Below are positions 63,134 to 64,000 of a DNA stretch of 64,000 nt, piece after piece. Location: assembly GCA_002633005.1 (NCBI GenBank), contig NMRA01000053.1, positions 382,131-446,130 of the forward strand. The letters are read 5' to 3'. Below the pieces are notes generated by a model that was not told where the DNA came from, searched no databases, and saw only the letters and a program-made list of their open reading frames with translations. The stretch's first letter is position 1, and each line of letters begins with the position of its first letter. This stretch comes from Phoronis australis (lineage: Eukaryota > Animalia > Phoronida). The position numbers and the translations under genes are program-made.

Positions 63134-64000
63134 CTAGAATAAAGAACACCTATGAAAAATGTGCGATGATGATCACTAGCTTTTTCACTTTCCAACTCCA
63201 TTTTAGTTAATGTAATTCTTCACTTTTTTGCACGAAATTAATTAAATATATTTTTCCGAGAGTCGGGGTGCGCCAAGTGAACGCAGACTTCGCAGTGGAC
63301 AGGTGTAGAAAATTGACCAAGCATCGCCACCTGCACGTGTGTTAATTTAACGAAATATATATGATCCTAAGTATATTAGCGACACCTTTAATCCAGGCCA
63401 CCCCTTTCACCAGCATGAGATATACCGCATAAATGGATGAATTAAGTGGTGAATATACAATGTTCAGACTATAAACATCACAGTATGGTATTATGATGTC
63501 TATGGTTCAGACCTTTGTTGACATAGTAAAAAATATGTGTATGTAATTAATGACATGGCTTTGCATTGACATTTTTCAAAGGGGAAAAACTGACTGCGTG
63601 TTTATTAGGTCAGGAACGAAATTCTCACCAGGTAAATGAGGGATAAAAACACTTTTCAAAATAATTTTTGGTAGGCGAAATAAGAAATAAAATCTGGACT
63701 TCCGGAGAGGTAAGTCATTGGATACTGTCACAATCAGTAATGTTATCTGTTGAAAAAATTCACCTAAGTTATCACTATGCATGTGTACCCGACTAACCTA
63801 AGATCCCAGGCTGAGCTATTCAGAATTCATAGAGGTTAATAAAACAATTATCATCTCCAGCAGGACCATAAACCCTTTGATAAGCTGTACTTATTTACAC
63901 AGTCCAATTGGAGAACTCATGACTAGGGGCAGGTTCACAAGAACTACTTTCACTGACCTTGCAATTGTCATGTTCAAAAGTCCCATTGTGAGTTAAGGAC

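Overview
AT-rich, intron-rich genomic DNA from an invertebrate animal (repeat landscape suggests a mollusc or other lophotrochozoan; this is inference). I spliced three conserved genes by hand using GT-AG boundaries and intron phase: BBS9/PTHB1 (+, 21 coding exons, 3135-22309, 949 aa), RAB3GAP1 (-, 20 coding exons, 43084-26861, 1107 aa) and BCDIN3D (+, 2 exons, 43297-46668, 327 aa). BCDIN3D is head-to-head with RAB3GAP1. The main result is in the last 14 kb of the minus strand: six intact, paralogous, ATG-less terminal exons. Each has its own 3' splice site in phase 1, encodes exactly two C2H2 zinc fingers with a different recognition helix, and ends in its own stop codon; several decayed-looking exons lie between them. 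This resembles the mutually exclusive last-exon cassette arrays of insect lola/fruitless/tramtrack-type genes, and the shared 5' exons are not in this window. Also present: two copies of a Penelope-type minimal hammerhead ribozyme motif in sense orientation in introns, a candidate in-frame cassette exon in BBS9, Helentron/HINE-like elements with internal satellite arrays, tRNA-derived SINEs, MITEs and minisatellites.
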